From contig JASHOX010000144.1 in assembly GCA_030038415.1 (NCBI GenBank), positions 5,325 through 69,324 on the forward strand: a stretch of 64,000 nucleotides of DNA, read 5' to 3'. Each line of letters begins with the position of its first letter. Positions within the stretch are counted from its first letter, which is position 1. The position numbers were made by a program, and so were the translations under genes. This document shows, one piece after another, positions 62,367 to 64,000 of this stretch. The stretch is from Xanthobacteraceae bacterium. Lineage in GTDB: Bacteria > Pseudomonadota > Alphaproteobacteria > Rhizobiales > Xanthobacteraceae. The notes under the pieces were generated by a model. That model did not search any database. It had not been told where the DNA came from and worked only from the letters and a program-made list of their open reading frames with translations.

Positions 62367-63713
62367 TTGCGTCGCGTACTGATCGCCAATCGCGGAGAGA
62401 TCGCGCTGCGCGCCATTCGCACCTGCCGGCGGCTCGGGCTCGACAGCGTCGCGGTCTATTCCTCGGCGGACGGCAATTCGCCGCATCGCTGGGCCGCCGA
62501 CCACGCCGTGTGCATCGGGCCGCCGCCGCCCAAGGCGAGTTATCTCAATGAAGCGGCGCTGATCGAAGTGGCGTCTGCCTGCCAATGCGATGCGCTTTAT
62601 CCCGGCTACGGTTTCTTGGCGGAGAACGCCGGTTTCGCCGCGCGCTGCGCCGAGGAGCGGTTGATCTTTATCGGTCCGAGCGCGGAGGTCATCGCGCGCA
62701 TGGGCGACAAGGTGGCTGCCCGGCAGACCGCAGCCTCATTGGGCATTCCGGTGGTGCCGGGTTCGAGCGAGGGCTTCACCGCTGCGGCGGACGCCAAAGA
62801 GCGCGCCGATGCGATCGGTTATCCGTTGCTGTTGAAGGCAAGCGCCGGCGGCGGCGGCCGTGGCATGCGCGTCGTGCCGGAAACGAGCGCCTTCACGGGT
62901 TTATTCGCTCAGGCGACGGCCGAGGCCGCAGCCGCCTTCGGCAAGCCGGACGTTTATCTCGAACGTTTCTTCCCGCAGGTGCGCCATATCGAAATTCAGG
63001 TCTTTGGCGACAGCCACGGCAATTGCGTGCAGCTTGGCGAGCGCGATTGCAGCGTCCAGCGCCGTCACCAGAAGCTGATCGAGGAAGCGCCGTCGCCGGT
63101 GCTCGACGCGGCGGCGCGGCGCGCCATGGCGGAAGCGGCAGTGACCCTCGTTCGCGCGCTGAAATACGTCAATGCCGGCACCGTTGAATTCATCTACGAC
63201 GTATCGAGCGGCAAATTCTTTTTCATCGAGATGAATACGCGCATCCAGGTCGAGCATCCGGTGACCGAAATGATCACCGGCAGCGATCTGGTCGCCGAAC
63301 AGTTCCATGTCGCCGCCGGAGAAAAGCTGTCAGTGGGTCCAGCCAAGGGCGCGGCGGGCGCGGCGATTGAGTTCCGCATCAATGCTGAAGATGCCGACCA
63401 CGATTTTCGCCCCTCGCCCGGCATGCTCAAGCGATGGCGCCCGCCGTCCGGCCGCGACATCAGGCTCGACAGCCACGTCTATGAGAATTACGTGGTGCCG
63501 CCGTTCTACGATTCCATGCTGGGCAAGCTGATCGTCACCGGACGCGACCGCGCGGCCGCGCTAGAGACTGCGGCGTCGGCCCTGGCGCGCTTCGACATTG
63601 CCGGTATCGCCACCACGGTGCCGTTTCATGCCGCGCTTTTGCGGCGACCGGAATTTGCGCGCGCCGAAATTCACACGCGTTGGATCGAGAACGAATTGCG
63701 GGCGGTCCGGTGA
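62367..63713 (+). CDS. Biotin carboxylase (AccC-like)
   Basis: RRVLIANRGEIALRAIRTCRRLG, GYGFLAENAGFA, GGGGRGMRVV and FIEMNTRIQVEHPVTE are biotin carboxylase ATP-grasp signatures. TTG start 7 nt after AGGAG. Confidence 0.85.
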   Translation: MRRVLIANRGEIALRAIRTCRRLGLDSVAVYSSADGNSPHRWAADHAVCIGPPPPKASYLNEAALIEVASACQCDALYPGYGFLAENAGFAARCAEERLIFIGPSAEVIARMGDKVAARQTAASLGIPVVPGSSEGFTAAADAKERADAIGYPLLLKASAGGGGRGMRVVPETSAFTGLFAQATAEAAAAFGKPDVYLERFFPQVRHIEIQVFGDSHGNCVQLGERDCSVQRRHQKLIEEAPSPVLDAAARRAMAEAAVTLVRALKYVNAGTVEFIYDVSSGKFFFIEMNTRIQVEHPVTEMITGSDLVAEQFHVAAGEKLSVGPAKGAAGAAIEFRINAEDADHDFRPSPGMLKRWRPPSGRDIRLDSHVYENYVVPPFYDSMLGKLIVTGRDRAAALETAASALARFDIAGIATTVPFHAALLRRPEFARAEIHTRWIENELRAVR

Positions 63714-64000
63714 TGAGCGGCAAGACCATACGGCTCGTCGACGTGACGCTACGCGACGCGCATCAATGCCTTTGGGCGACGCGCATGACGACGGCGATGA
63801 TGGCCGACATCGCGCCGCGGCTCGATCGCGCCGGCTTCGAGGCCATCGACCTCGTCGGCGGCGCGGTGTTCGACGTCTGCGTGCGTTATCTGCGCGAGGA
63901 TCCGTGGCAGCGCATGCGCCTCGTCAGCGGCTGGGTCAAGAACACGCCGCTGATCGTGATGACGCGCGGGCAAAGCCTGTTCACGTTCGAATTCTTTCCT
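63713..64000 (+). CDS. Carboxyltransferase subunit, HMGL-like domain (pyruvate carboxylase subunit B / oxaloacetate decarboxylase alpha-like); 3' end outside the window
   Basis: My translation from the ATG at 63713 gives MSGKTIRLVDVTLRDAHQCLWATRMTTAMMADIAPRLDRAGFEAIDLVGGAVFDVCVRYLREDPWQRMR. This matches the TxxRDxHQS...ATRM...GGATFD...FLxEDPWERL pattern. The start shares 1 nt with the biotin carboxylase TGA stop. Confidence 0.8.
   Translation, partial: MSGKTIRLVDVTLRDAHQCLWATRMTTAMMADIAPRLDRAGFEAIDLVGGAVFDVCVRYLREDPWQRMRLVSGWVKNTPLIVMTRGQSLFTFEFFP

Overview
High-GC alphaproteobacterial chromosome. REP-type palindromes and protein similarities suggest a Bradyrhizobium/Rhodopseudomonas-like organism. 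The window is almost entirely coding and metabolic. I saw no rRNA, tRNA, CRISPR array, transposase, integrase or phage genes.

Gene order, left to right:
- End of a Flp/Tad pilus cluster, cpaB-cpaC-(cpaD-position lipoprotein)-cpaE, minus strand.
- An M24 peptidase and a fumarate-lyase-superfamily enzyme.
- A small AT-richer islet with an intact DUF433 gene, a multiply frameshifted DUF5615 partner and a histidine phosphatase.
- A fused LplT-PlsC-Aas lysophospholipid recycling gene.
- Two monocupin genes co-oriented with a dCache-PAS hybrid histidine kinase.
- A TTT transporter with a fused TctA-TctB membrane protein, flanked by two paralogous binding proteins.
- PhzF-family, Ser/Thr dehydratase, ArsR and lgt genes.
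- A CoA-centred catabolic cluster: Bug binding protein, CoA-transferase A/B, thiolase-like plus DUF35, acyl-CoA synthetase, SDR, cupin, IclR.
- A LIV-type ABC transporter.
- A protocatechuate 4,5-cleavage set (ligC, ligB, ligA, ligI, plus an extra LigB-family gene).
- A complete-looking CoA-dependent beta-oxidative hydroxycinnamate side-chain module: thiolase, hydratase, FCS-like ligase, dehydrogenase, 4HBT thioesterase, amidohydrolase.
- A sulfonate locus: TTT transporter, IclR, xsc, SauS-like acylating aldehyde dehydrogenase, SucCD-like two-subunit CoA ligase, MFS.
- An MFS gene and a biotin carboxylase trio that runs off the right edge.

Most interesting observations:
1. The xsc/sauS-like genes are paired with an NDP-forming SucCD-like ligase where the described system has an AMP-forming one.
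2. LigA, LigB and a cupin protein carry lysine/alanine-rich, histone-H1-like tails.
3. The DUF433/DUF5615 pair is decaying, with a 29/30-bp tandem duplication.
4. The TctA-TctB fusion has a long palindromic leader.

Many long ORFs in the supplied track are antisense or out-of-frame shadows typical of high-GC DNA and were rejected. All functional calls rest on my recognition of motifs and family patterns. No database search was possible.
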